From assembly GCA_963780225.1 (NCBI GenBank), contig CAWAAX010000006.1:128001-192000 (forward strand): DNA of 64,000 nt, read 5' to 3'. The notes under the pieces are model-generated. The model searched no databases. It saw nothing but the letters and a program-made list of their open reading frames with translations, and was not told the origin of the DNA. How positions within the stretch are numbered: position 1 is the first letter of the stretch; every line of letters begins with the position of its first letter. A program made the translations under genes and the position numbers. Below are positions 30,087 to 40,152 of this stretch, one piece after another. This DNA is from an uncultured bacterium. GTDB taxonomy: Bacteria > Edwardsbacteria > AC1 > EtOH8.

Positions 30087-31852
30087 AACCGGAGAAAAAA
30101 CTAAAGCTGGCCCTGGCTTTGCCGGACTTGATGGCCTTGTTTTTTGGAGCGCCCTTTTTAATGTATTTCGTCAGCCGGGTGGCGGCCTTCCCCCCCCAGG
30201 CCAACCGGGTGATGCTGTGGGCCGGGATTCCAATCTCGCTTTTGCTGGCCGGGCTGACCCAGATTTGGAACCGGAAGCGGTTGAAACCAGTCACTGGATT
30301 TTTAACCGATCCTTTGTCTGAACCCCAGACCGCTACCGCGGCTTTCAAGTCGGCCCTGGATTTTCCCCTGGCCTCGGCTGTACATATGGCGATCAATTTC
30401 TTAGTAGCAGTTCCGGTGATATGGCTGATCGTGGCCCTGCTGGCTCAGGCCGCCAATTTCTGGTACATCGTGCTTTATTCGATAGTGACGGCGCTGGTAA
30501 TGGGTTCGTTGATCTTTTTACTGGAAGAATTTCTGCTTAAGGACATAGTCATCCGTCTGGCTCTGCTGCATCTGGGGCGTCAGTCGGAGGTCATCAAGAA
30601 AACTTTCCGGATATCCCTGACCTACCGTCTGATAACCCTGTTCCTGGTGGTGATGATGCTCTCAATTTCTTTCGGGGTGATGATGGGACGTCTGAACCAG
30701 ATGACGCTGATCGCACTGATAGGTCTGGCGGCCACTTTGACCATCGCCTTTCTGGCCTCCAGAAACATCACCGGGGTCATCGATTCGCTGGTGCAGGCCT
30801 TATCCGAGATAAGCGGCGATAACCGGGGACTGGGACGCCATCTTCCGCTTTTGGCCAATAACGAACTGGGAGATCTTTGCCACCAGTACAATCAGTTCGT
30901 CAACCTGCTTGACCGGCTGGTTGGTGAGATTGAAAAAGTGGCGGCCGAGGTGGCGGCCAGCGCCCAAGAACTGGCTTCTTCTTCTCAGCAGATGAACGCT
31001 TCGGGGCAAGAGATATCATCCACCATCCAGCAGATCTCCAAAGGGGCCACCGTCCAGTCGGAGCGGCTGACCTCGGTGGCCAAGTCCCTGCAGGATTTTT
31101 CCGAAGCTACCAAGCGGATCGATTCCCAGGTGCGAATGACCACGGTCTCGTCCCAAAGGGCGGTGGAGTCATCCCAACAGGGGGCTAATAAAACTTCGGA
31201 GGCGGTACTGAAAATAGCTGAGATATACCAATCGGCGGACCAGACCAGTCAGAAGGTAATCAAGCTGCAACAGAAATCCAAGGAGATAGGCGGGGTGGCG
31301 GCCCTGGTTTCCAATCTGGCCCAGCAGATAGATTTTCTAGCTTTGAATGCCGCCATCGAAGCGGCCCGGGCCGGAGAAGCCGGCAAAGGATTTTCGGTGG
31401 TGGCCGACGAGATCCGTTCCCTGGCGGTGGAGGCCGGGAATTCGGCGCAACAGGCCTCTTCGTTGATTCGCGATATTGAGGACGAAATTGCCAAAACCGT
31501 GGAGGTGATAGCCCTGACCCAGCAGTCAATAGAAAACAGCCGGACCAGCGTGAACCAAACCGAGCAGGCCTTGAAAGTCATAAATAGCACGGTAACAGTG
31601 GCCGGCACCATGGTCAAGCAGATCTCGGAATCCAGCCGGGCCCAGACCAAAAGCGCCGGGCAGGTGGTGCAGCTGGCCTCGGAAGTATCGGCCATAGCCA
31701 TCCAGACGGCGGCCTCCACCGAAGAAGTGGCGGCGGCGGTGGAGCAACAGACCGCCTCTATGCAGGAACTGTCGGCAGTGGCCCAAACCCTTTCCCATAC
31801 CGCCGTTAAAATGAACAGCCTGGTGGCCAGGTTCAAATCGTCAAACCAATAA
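30083..31852 (+). CDS. Methyl-accepting chemotaxis protein, multi-TM
   Basis: About 6 hydrophobic segments, [31 protein letters not shown]. Confidence 0.93.
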   Translation: MKPEKKLKLALALPDLMALFFGAPFLMYFVSRVAAFPPQANRVMLWAGIPISLLLAGLTQIWNRKRLKPVTGFLTDPLSEPQTATAAFKSALDFPLASAVHMAINFLVAVPVIWLIVALLAQAANFWYIVLYSIVTALVMGSLIFLLEEFLLKDIVIRLALLHLGRQSEVIKKTFRISLTYRLITLFLVVMMLSISFGVMMGRLNQMTLIALIGLAATLTIAFLASRNITGVIDSLVQALSEISGDNRGLGRHLPLLANNELGDLCHQYNQFVNLLDRLVGEIEKVAAEVAASAQELASSSQQMNASGQEISSTIQQISKGATVQSERLTSVAKSLQDFSEATKRIDSQVRMTTVSSQRAVESSQQGANKTSEAVLKIAEIYQSADQTSQKVIKLQQKSKEIGGVAALVSNLAQQIDFLALNAAIEAARAGEAGKGFSVVADEIRSLAVEAGNSAQQASSLIRDIEDEIAKTVEVIALTQQSIENSRTSVNQTEQALKVINSTVTVAGTMVKQISESSRAQTKSAGQVVQLASEVSAIAIQTAASTEEVAAAVEQQTASMQELSAVAQTLSHTAVKMNSLVARFKSSNQ

Positions 31853-31856
31853 GACC

Positions 31857-32231
31857 ATGCGATTGCTGATCTTTAAAATAGGACCGGCCCGGCTGGCTAT
31901 TAAGGTTGATTCGGTCATTTCGGTGGGGCTGGATAAAAAGGCGGATAGCGTAACAAAATCCGGCAGTTTGAAGGTGGATCTGGCCAAAACCTTGGGGTTA
32001 AACCACGGTGAATCGCCTAATCGAGCCGTCATCAAATGCAGTCATCAGAACGGATTATTCGAAATAAAGGCCGATGAAGTGTTGGGGCTGGAAGATATTG
32101 ACCCGGCCAAGCATCTGGCTTGGCCCGGTGCCCTGCGCTTTTTAGATAACTATTCCGGGGTGGCTGTGGTGGCCGGACAGTCGTTCCTATCCGTAAACCT
32201 GGATGCCATTTTGTCCGGTTTGAAAAAATGA
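31857..32231 (+). CDS. Divergent CheW-like protein
   Basis: LLIFKIG..RLAIKVDSV, VDLAKTLG, IKADEVLG, LNLDAIL-like end: CheW-like pattern with a deletion. Confidence 0.55.
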   Translation: MRLLIFKIGPARLAIKVDSVISVGLDKKADSVTKSGSLKVDLAKTLGLNHGESPNRAVIKCSHQNGLFEIKADEVLGLEDIDPAKHLAWPGALRFLDNYSGVAVVAGQSFLSVNLDAILSGLKK

Positions 32232-33952
32232 AGGAAAGAATCGGTAACTACCAAATAACCTCGGTGCTTTCCTCAGGCGGCATGGCCACAATTTACCTGG
32301 GGAGGCATGCTGAATTGGGCCGGCAGGTGGTGATCAAGCAACTCCATCCCCATTTGGCCAACGATCAGGGATTTGTCAAAAGATTTGAACGCGAGGCCAA
32401 GCTGCTGGGACGGCTGCATCACGAGAACATTGTGGACGTGACGGATTATTTTGAGCTAAAGGGCTCATATTACATAATCCTGGAATACATCGACGGCTGT
32501 TCTTTAAAAGAACTGTTAAACCAACAGCAAAGGCTGCCTTTTTTATTGGCGGTATATGTGGTGAGTCAGATAGCCCAGGGTCTTTGGCACGCCCATCAGA
32601 ATCAGATCATCCATCGGGATATCAAACCGGCCAATATTATGCTGACCAAAGGGGGCGGGGTTAAGATAACTGACTTTGGGCTGGCTTACACCCAGGAGGC
32701 TTTGGGAATAACCGATCCCGGAACTTTTGTGGGAACCCCGGCCTATCTGGCCCCGGAGCAGATAAAAGGCCAATCGGCTGATGCCCAGTCAGATATTTAC
32801 GCTCTGGGGGTGATGTTCTATGAACTGCTTTCCGGCGGCAATCCTTTTGCCGGGCAGACTCATTCCGAGACCATAGACCGGACTTTACGGCTGATTCCCA
32901 AAAGCCTGGCCCGGCAGGATATGGAACTGCCGCTGGGCGTGGACTTGGTCATTCAAAAGCTTTTGGACAAGAACCCCAAGCACCGCTACAGCGATGCCGG
33001 AAAACTTTTGGCCGGGTTGACGCCTTACCAGATGTTCAGTCCCGAGGCGCTTTCCCGTTATATCAGCGATCCCCTGAGCTATGTCCCCCGGCAGGAAGAT
33101 TTGACCCTGATAAAAAAAATGGCCCGGGCCGAGCGGCGCACCTATGCTTTGCGGCAGACCTTCTTTATAATGGCTATGGCGGCGCTATTGGTGTTTATAG
33201 GCAGTTGGAGCTACAGGGCCATAACCGGATATATGGCCAGCCATAAAGCAGAAAACACCGGAATCCGGGCGGACACACTGAATCCTGCTCCATCAGGCAC
33301 CCCCGGACCCGTAGTATCGCAACAAATTGTTTCGGTGTCGGGAACTGAAGGCTCACTGGTAAACATAAACGGTCGAGACTACGGAAGCATTCCAGTGATC
33401 ATCAAAAGCCTGGACCCGGGGCGGTACCGGCTGATGATCACCAAAGAAGGTTTTGAAAGAAAGAAGATTACCATCACAATAAATCCCGGTCAGAATTTGA
33501 CCGTTAGGGCCGATCTGATTCCTCAAAAGCTTACCCCCGGTTTTCTTAAGCTCTCGGTAAAACCTTGGGCCGAAATCTACCTCAACGGCAGTTATTATGA
33601 ACGTACCCCATTGGATACCCCGGTAAAACTTGCTCCCGGGCAGTATCATTTGATTTTAAGACATCCCAACCGAAGGGAGTACCACAGTACGCTGTCCATA
33701 AATTCTGATGACACCTTATTACTGGATGTAACCATGCCGGAGGCCTTCGGACACTTACGGCTTACAGTGGCGCCCTGGGCGGTGGTCTGTATAGACGGCG
33801 AGGAAAGGGGAACCACTCCGATGGGATCCCCGCTTAAGATTTCTATCGGGGAACATGAACTAAAGCTTTTGGGGCCATCGGGAAAAGAGTGGAAAGAAAA
33901 TTTGAACATCGAAGAGGGTAAGACTTTGGACCGGAACATCATCCTGCAATGA
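32228..33952 (+). CDS. Membrane Ser/Thr protein kinase with extracytoplasmic PEGA domains
   Basis: GGMATIY, HRDIKPAN, DFG, APE; one TM; PEGA-like repeats (VKPWAEIYLNG, VAPWAVVCIDG). Confidence 0.92.
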   Translation: MKERIGNYQITSVLSSGGMATIYLGRHAELGRQVVIKQLHPHLANDQGFVKRFEREAKLLGRLHHENIVDVTDYFELKGSYYIILEYIDGCSLKELLNQQQRLPFLLAVYVVSQIAQGLWHAHQNQIIHRDIKPANIMLTKGGGVKITDFGLAYTQEALGITDPGTFVGTPAYLAPEQIKGQSADAQSDIYALGVMFYELLSGGNPFAGQTHSETIDRTLRLIPKSLARQDMELPLGVDLVIQKLLDKNPKHRYSDAGKLLAGLTPYQMFSPEALSRYISDPLSYVPRQEDLTLIKKMARAERRTYALRQTFFIMAMAALLVFIGSWSYRAITGYMASHKAENTGIRADTLNPAPSGTPGPVVSQQIVSVSGTEGSLVNINGRDYGSIPVIIKSLDPGRYRLMITKEGFERKKITITINPGQNLTVRADLIPQKLTPGFLKLSVKPWAEIYLNGSYYERTPLDTPVKLAPGQYHLILRHPNRREYHSTLSINSDDTLLLDVTMPEAFGHLRLTVAPWAVVCIDGEERGTTPMGSPLKISIGEHELKLLGPSGKEWKENLNIEEGKTLDRNIILQ

Positions 33953-34662
33953 AGAAAATAATATTCATATTATGCTTACTGGCTGTATCTTTCGAATCTC
34001 CGCCAGTTTATGCTCAAAGCAAAAACTATCTGGGATCGGTAGTGACCTCTTATGAGCGGGGGTATTACGACGAAGTGATCAGAAATTCCCAGAAGGCTTT
34101 GGCCGATACCATACCTTATACCGCCGCCGATTTGGTGTATTTGCGCACCTATCTGGCTTTTTCCCTGGTAGCCCTGGGGAACGACGATCAGGCGGTAACG
34201 GTATTTAAAACCATCCTGATCTCCAAACCTAAGTTGGAATTGAACCCGGAATTCATCTCCCCCAAAATAATCAACGTTTTCAAACGGGCCCAGCGGGAAG
34301 CCGCCCAAAACCAGGGGCGGTCGGGAGTACAGGCCGGATTGATTTTTGAGCAAGAGAAACCCCAGAAACTTTCCTGTTTGTGGCGCACTGCCCTGTGGCC
34401 GGGCTGGGGCCAGTCATCCCGGGGAGAATACAAAAAGGGAAAAATCCTAAAACGATCGGCTATAGGCATTGCCGCCGGACTGGGCGTGGTATTTTTAGGC
34501 ACTTATTTAAGCCATCAAAGTTATCTGAAGGCCACCACTGAGGATGCCATCGATTCCAAATATGATACATATAACGCCTGGTACAAAACCCGCAGTTTCG
34601 GGATTAACCTGGCGATCTCTTTCTGGTTTTACAGCTCGCTGGATATATTTCTTACCGAATAG
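33949..34662 (+). CDS. Exported TPR-like protein with DUF5683-like C-terminus
   Basis: Signal peptide, helical repeat ending LNPEFISPKI, WPGWGQ motif followed by hydrophobic segments. Confidence 0.65.
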   Translation: MKKIIFILCLLAVSFESPPVYAQSKNYLGSVVTSYERGYYDEVIRNSQKALADTIPYTAADLVYLRTYLAFSLVALGNDDQAVTVFKTILISKPKLELNPEFISPKIINVFKRAQREAAQNQGRSGVQAGLIFEQEKPQKLSCLWRTALWPGWGQSSRGEYKKGKILKRSAIGIAAGLGVVFLGTYLSHQSYLKATTEDAIDSKYDTYNAWYKTRSFGINLAISFWFYSSLDIFLTE

Positions 34663-34899
34663 AAACAGTAAAACATTGGCTTCAATTCAATCCATGCCAA
34701 ATCCTAATAGCAATAGGGAAATATTGCCGGGAACCCAGTTTTGTTGACCTTCGTTAACTGCCAACGGTCCAATAAGGTCTGCTTGGTTTCGCTGGATCAC
34801 AATAGTTATCACGGGATGAGAAAAACTACTATCACCGACGGGAACATCGCCACCATAGAAGTTACCTCCAGCATACTTTAATAAAATCCTAAAAACGAA

Positions 34900-36417
34900 A
34901 TGTCTACCGAGGAATTAAAACAAGTCGACAAAGAGGGGATGCTGGCCCTTTACGATATCAGCCAGGTGATCAATTCCATCCAGGAACCGGAGGAGTTGTT
35001 CAACCGGGTGATGGATCTGGTGATATCTACCACCAAGGCCGAACGGGGTCTGCTGATGATAAAAGAACAGGTTGCGGGAGAACTGGTGGTCAAGGTGGCC
35101 CGTAATTTTCAACGCCGGCCAATTGAAAATCCCGATGAGATATCCCAGACCATCCTCAATCAAGTGCTGGAAAGCGGGGAAGCGACTTTGACCTCGGATG
35201 CCAGGACCGATCCCAGATTTTCCGGCTCGGAGAGCGTGTTACTTTATAACATTCTTTCCATTATCTGTGTACCGCTTAAAAAACAGGATCAAATCATCGG
35301 CCTGATCTATGTGGACAGCCGTACCACCAAGAATGTATTCACCGAACAGGATAAGGTATTTTTGGCGGCCTTCGCCAACATGGCGGCCATCTCCATAGAG
35401 AACGCCAGGCTCCAAGCCCGCCTAAGACAGGAAAACCTGATTCTGAAGGAAGAGATAAGCCGTCAGTACCGGTTTGAAAATATTGTCGGCCAATCCACCA
35501 AATTTCTGACAGTCCTTTCGGTGGTAGAAAAGGTGCTGGATAGCAGCGTCCCGGTTCTGATCCAAGGCGAATCCGGAACAGGCAAGGAGCTAGTAGCCAA
35601 GGCCATTCATTATAACGGCCCCCGCAAAGAAAAGAATTTTGTGGCCCAATACTGCGGGGCCCTTCCAGAAACCCTGCTGGAATCGGAGCTGTTCGGCTAT
35701 AAGAAAGGCGCCTTTACCGGAGCCTCCACCAATAAAATGGGCCTGTTCGAGATGGCCGACGGAGGCACGTTTTTCCTGGATGAGATAGGCGATATCTCAC
35801 CTTCCATACAGGCCAAACTTTTGCGGGTGCTGCAGGATGGCGAAATGCGCAGGGTAGGGGATACCCAAAGCATCAAGGTCGATGTCCGGCTGATCTCGGC
35901 TACCAACCGGGATCTGGTGCAGGAAGTAAAATCCGGGCGGTTCCGGGAGGATCTTTTCTACCGGCTGAATGTGGTTACCATCAATCTGCCCAGTCTGCGG
36001 GAACGGCAAAGCGACATACCTCTGCTCTGCCGGCATTTCCTTCAGACTTCCTCCGCCTCCCAGGCCAAGGGCATCGATCAGATAGAGAACAAAGCCCTGG
36101 CTATTTTGATGGATTACAACTGGCCGGGTAACATCCGGGAATTGGAAAATGTTATTTCCTACGCCGTGGTAATGGCCAAGGGCCAGACCATTCGGTTAGA
36201 AGACCTGCCGGATCAGATCAAAACCACCAAATCCGGCCCTGCTTCGGTGATGACCGGGCAGACCATGAGGGAGATGGAAAAAAATCTGATCATCGCCACG
36301 TTAAAGTCATGTCAGGGCAACCGCCGCCAAACAGCTGACCAACTAGGGATAAGTCTGCGTACCTTGCAGTATAAGCTCAAAGAACTTAAACACGACACAA
36401 GTGCGGCCGAAGGCTGA
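34900..36417 (+). CDS. GAF-domain sigma54-dependent activator (bEBP)
   Basis: GAF (SIICVPL...GLIYVDSR), [35 protein letters not shown], Fis-type HTH. Confidence 0.95.
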   Translation: MSTEELKQVDKEGMLALYDISQVINSIQEPEELFNRVMDLVISTTKAERGLLMIKEQVAGELVVKVARNFQRRPIENPDEISQTILNQVLESGEATLTSDARTDPRFSGSESVLLYNILSIICVPLKKQDQIIGLIYVDSRTTKNVFTEQDKVFLAAFANMAAISIENARLQARLRQENLILKEEISRQYRFENIVGQSTKFLTVLSVVEKVLDSSVPVLIQGESGTGKELVAKAIHYNGPRKEKNFVAQYCGALPETLLESELFGYKKGAFTGASTNKMGLFEMADGGTFFLDEIGDISPSIQAKLLRVLQDGEMRRVGDTQSIKVDVRLISATNRDLVQEVKSGRFREDLFYRLNVVTINLPSLRERQSDIPLLCRHFLQTSSASQAKGIDQIENKALAILMDYNWPGNIRELENVISYAVVMAKGQTIRLEDLPDQIKTTKSGPASVMTGQTMREMEKNLIIATLKSCQGNRRQTADQLGISLRTLQYKLKELKHDTSAAEG

Positions 36418-36529
36418 TAAAAGATGATCGAACCTACAGCTTTACCCTGGAGGTTTAAACCATAGCCACATAATAAACTATCAAGAGGTTGCTCATAACC
36501 ACTAACCTATGCCAAGGCGCGGTTTTATC

Positions 36530-36558
36530 TTGACAAACGGGCGTAAAATTAGTATACT
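36530..36558 (+). promoter_or_regulatory. Sigma70 promoter
   Basis: TTGACA, 17 bp, TATACT. Confidence 0.75.
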
Positions 36559-36582
36559 TAAAGTCTATATGCAAGGAATAAT

Positions 36583-36873
36583 ATGTCTAAAAAAGAATTA
36601 AAAAACAAAAACAAAATTGTCCCGGAAAAAACGGCGATAGTGCCGGAAACGCCATTGGGCTTTACCAGCAAGAATTATCTTTTATTCGGGACCGGTATAG
36701 CCCTGATAGTATTGGGGTTTTTGTTCCTGACCAGCCCGGTTTTCGGCGGGGGATTCCCTTTTGTGCATCCTTTTAAGGGCGGGGTAGACGGCTGGCTGAC
36801 CATGAACCTGGCCCCGGTAATGCTGGTGCTGGGCTATTGTGTGGTGATTCCGGCGGCCATCATCGTCAAATAA
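36583..36873 (+). CDS. Small two-TM membrane protein (DUF3098-like)
   Basis: FTSKNYLLFGTGIALIVLGF...LAPVMLVLGY; AGGA RBS. Confidence 0.75.
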   Translation: MSKKELKNKNKIVPEKTAIVPETPLGFTSKNYLLFGTGIALIVLGFLFLTSPVFGGGFPFVHPFKGGVDGWLTMNLAPVMLVLGYCVVIPAAIIVK

Positions 36874-37032
36874 CCGGGCGGGATAAAATATTTTAAACCA
36901 CGGTCTAAGCGGATGCAGTAAAAATCTGCAAGGCTACTGTCCGTGGTTTATTGTTGCCCCGGGTAAAGGCATAATTCTTAAAGCTCAAGCTTAATTCTAG
37001 GCGCCCCGGCCGGTCCGGGTCATAGGAAGCCA

Positions 37033-37776
37033 TTGAAACTAAAAAAAGTACGCCTGGGCGTCAACATAGACCATGTGGCCACCTTAAGGCAGGCCAGGCT
37101 GGCCTGCCAGCCTGACCCGGTGGCCGCCGCCGGACTGGCCGAAAAGGCCGGGGCCGACGGGATCACCGTTCATTTGCGGTCAGACCGGAGACATATTCAG
37201 GACCGGGACGTATTAGTGCTTTCCAAAACTGTCAAGACCCATCTTAACATAGAGATGGCGGCCACCGGACCGATGATGGCCCTGGCCGCAAAGATAAAAC
37301 CGGACGCCGTCTGCCTGGTCCCGGAAAACCCCGATGAAATAACCACCGAGGGAGGTTTGGACCTGGTGAAAGCCCGGGGCCGGGTGGCTTTGGCGGTCAA
37401 AGAGCTGAACCAGGCTGGCATCCGGTCAACCTTGTTCATCGAACCGGATGAAATGCAAATCAGGACGGCTTTAAAACTGGGGGCCCGGGCGGTGGAATTG
37501 AATACCAATGCCTATTCATTGGCCTGGGAAGCAGCGCCGGGCAACAGCCGCAGGGTGGCATTTCAGCTGGACCGGCTGGCCAAGGCAGCCAGGCTGGCCT
37601 CGGAACTGGGGATGGAGGTCCACGCCGGGCACGGGTTGAATTATTTGAATGTAAGGCCGGTGGTTAATATCCCCCAGATCACGGAGTTGAACATCGGGCA
37701 CTCGATAATCGCCGAAGCAGTGCTGGCGGGACTTCCCAAGGCAGTACGCCGCATGGTCAAACTGCTGAAACGCTGA
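37033..37776 (+). CDS. pdxJ: Pyridoxine 5'-phosphate synthase
   Basis: LGVNIDHVATLRQAR, HLRSDRRHIQ, TTEGGLD, HAGHGL, ELNIGH. Confidence 0.97.
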   Translation: MKLKKVRLGVNIDHVATLRQARLACQPDPVAAAGLAEKAGADGITVHLRSDRRHIQDRDVLVLSKTVKTHLNIEMAATGPMMALAAKIKPDAVCLVPENPDEITTEGGLDLVKARGRVALAVKELNQAGIRSTLFIEPDEMQIRTALKLGARAVELNTNAYSLAWEAAPGNSRRVAFQLDRLAKAARLASELGMEVHAGHGLNYLNVRPVVNIPQITELNIGHSIIAEAVLAGLPKAVRRMVKLLKR

Positions 37777-37805
37777 ACCACAAATCACATCGGACAGGGC
37801 ATAGT

Positions 37806-38765
37806 TTGAATAACCGGCAGATCATCAAACATTTTACCGGCAAGAAGATCGCGGTGCTGATGGGCGGAAGGTCGGGGGAGCGCGAGGTTTCCCTGCGTTC
37901 CGGCCAGAACGTGCTGGAGGCACTAAAACGCCAGGGCTTGCAGGCCGTGGGCATAGACGCCGGGCTGGACCTGGGAACTGAGCTGAGAAGCAAGAAGATA
38001 GACGCCGCCTTCGTGATCCTGCACGGCCGGTACGGCGAGGACGGCACGGTCCAGGGCCTGCTGGAGATGATGGACATTCCCTACACCGGATCCGGGGTGC
38101 TGGCTTCGGCTTTGGCCATGAACAAGGTTTTTTCCAAGAAGATATTCACCGAACAGGGGATACCCACCCCGGAATACTGCTGGGCCGGTCCGCTGCAAGA
38201 CCCCAAAACGGCGGCCCATGAAGCGGTGGAAGATCTGGAACTGCCGCTGGTGATCAAACCGGTGGATGAAGGCTCTTCCCTGGGGGTTTCCATAGCCAAG
38301 AACCAGGAACAGGCGGTAAAGTCATTCATCCAGGTCCATAAAAAATACGGCCAGGTGATGGCCGAGCGCTTCATCCAGGGGATGAACGTCACAGTAGGCA
38401 TCCTGGGATGCGGCGCCAAGGCCCGGGCTTTGCCAGTGCTGGAACTGGTGCCCAAGAATGAATTCTACGACTATCAGGCCAAATATACCGGCGGCCTGAC
38501 CGAGTTCCACGTGCCGGCCCGCCTGCCGGGCAGCATATACGCCAAGGTACAGCAGGTGACCCTGCAGGCACACCAGGCCCTGGGCTGCCACGGCTGGTCC
38601 CGGGTGGACGCCATAGTGGACCGCTCTGGTACAGTCTATGTGCTGGAGGTCAATACCAACCCCGGCATGACCGACCTTTCCGATATGCCGGCCGAGGCCA
38701 AGGCCGAGGGAATGGAATACGACCAGCTGGTGCTGGAGATACTGGACAGCTCCCGGAAACGTTAG
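37806..38765 (+). CDS. ddl: D-alanine--D-alanine ligase
   Basis: GGRSGEREVSL, LHGRYGEDG, GSSLG, YDYQAKY, LEVNTNPG. Confidence 0.96.
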   Translation: MNNRQIIKHFTGKKIAVLMGGRSGEREVSLRSGQNVLEALKRQGLQAVGIDAGLDLGTELRSKKIDAAFVILHGRYGEDGTVQGLLEMMDIPYTGSGVLASALAMNKVFSKKIFTEQGIPTPEYCWAGPLQDPKTAAHEAVEDLELPLVIKPVDEGSSLGVSIAKNQEQAVKSFIQVHKKYGQVMAERFIQGMNVTVGILGCGAKARALPVLELVPKNEFYDYQAKYTGGLTEFHVPARLPGSIYAKVQQVTLQAHQALGCHGWSRVDAIVDRSGTVYVLEVNTNPGMTDLSDMPAEAKAEGMEYDQLVLEILDSSRKR

Positions 38766-38805
38766 ATAAGAAACTGCAATTTATTTTTAATTAAGGAGAT
38801 ATACC

Positions 38806-38988
38806 ATGCCAGTCCCCAAGAGAAGACACTCAAATTCCCGCACCAACAAACGCCGTGCCAACTGGAAGTTAGTGCAACCCAATTTGGTCAATTGTTCCCA
38901 TTGCCATCAGCCCCGCTTACCGCACCGGGCCTGCCCCAATTGCGGATATTATGGCGGGCGGGAAATCGTTGCCATCAAACAAGTATAA
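38806..38988 (+). CDS. rpmF: 50S ribosomal protein L32
   Basis: MPVPKRRHS...CSHC...HRACPNCGYY; AGGAG RBS. Confidence 0.96.
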   Translation: MPVPKRRHSNSRTNKRRANWKLVQPNLVNCSHCHQPRLPHRACPNCGYYGGREIVAIKQV

Positions 38989-39018
38989 GTAGCATTCTAA
39001 ACTGTTACTTCAATAAAA

Positions 39019-40149
39019 ATGCCGCCTAAACCCATCAAGAAAAAGAACTCCAAAAGCTCTGATCTTACCAGCGGAGCAGCCATGGCCCAGATCCCGACCG
39101 GAACTGAAATAGTGACGGTAGCGGTCGATGCCATGGGCGGAGATCACGGTCCGGCTCCCATCATAGAGGGCGCCATCCAGGCCGCCAAATTATCCAAGGG
39201 GCGCTACAAGGTGATACTGGTGGGCGACGAGGTGGCCATCAAGACCGAATTGGCCCAGGGGGTGGGTGAAGACAAGTATGAAGAGGAAGACCTTAAAAAA
39301 TACGGGGTGGAGGTGGTGCACGCTTCCCAGGCCGTGGAGATGCACGAGTCCCCGACCGACGCCCTGCGCCGCAAACGGGATTCCTCCATCCTGGTTGGCT
39401 TAAGGCTGCAAAAGGACAAGAAGGCCCAGGCCTTCATCTCCACCGGCAACACCGGGGCGGTGATGGCGGCCTCGCTGTTCGAATTGGGAAGGCTGAAGGG
39501 GGTGGCCAGGCCGGCCATCGCCAGTTTTATGCCCACCGAGCACGGCGGCTGCATCATGATAGACGTAGGGGCCAACATGGACTGCAAGCCCCACCATCTG
39601 CTTCAGTTCGCCTTTATGGGTTCTTCCTACGCCCAGTATGTCTTTGAGCGCAACAATCCCAAGGTGGGGCTGTTGTCGGTGGGCGAGGAAAAATCAAAGG
39701 GAAGTGAGAGCATCTTAAAGGCCCACGAACTGTTGTCTGCCAGCAAGCTCAACTTCATAGGCAACATCGAGGGCAAGGACATTCTGCGGGGCACGGCCGA
39801 CGTGGTGGTCTGTGATGGGTTCATCGGCAACATCATCCTTAAGTTCGCCGAGAGCGTGGTAAGGATGTTCTATGGTTCCATTAAGCGTTATATCAATACC
39901 AGCATCCTGGCAAAATTGGGCGCGTTATTGTTGAAGCCAGCCTTGAAGAGATTTGCGCAAGACCTTGATTATGAAGAATATGGCGGAGCTCCGCTATTGG
40001 GAGTCAATGGTGTCTGCATCATCTGCCACGGGCGTTCCAGCGCCAAGGCAATTAAAAATGCTATATTAGTGGCCACGCGCTGCGTGACCCACCAGGTGAA
40101 CGGCCATATTCAGGAGCAGTTAGAATCCCTAAACACGGAGGAATTGTAA
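39019..40149 (+). CDS. plsX: Phosphate acyltransferase PlsX (start may be the ATG at 39082)
   Basis: AVDAMGGDHGP, STGNTGA, DVVVCDGFIGN, GGAPLLG, CHGRS. Confidence 0.95.
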   Translation: MPPKPIKKKNSKSSDLTSGAAMAQIPTGTEIVTVAVDAMGGDHGPAPIIEGAIQAAKLSKGRYKVILVGDEVAIKTELAQGVGEDKYEEEDLKKYGVEVVHASQAVEMHESPTDALRRKRDSSILVGLRLQKDKKAQAFISTGNTGAVMAASLFELGRLKGVARPAIASFMPTEHGGCIMIDVGANMDCKPHHLLQFAFMGSSYAQYVFERNNPKVGLLSVGEEKSKGSESILKAHELLSASKLNFIGNIEGKDILRGTADVVVCDGFIGNIILKFAESVVRMFYGSIKRYINTSILAKLGALLLKPALKRFAQDLDYEEYGGAPLLGVNGVCIICHGRSSAKAIKNAILVATRCVTHQVNGHIQEQLESLNTEEL

Positions 40150-40152
40150 AAA

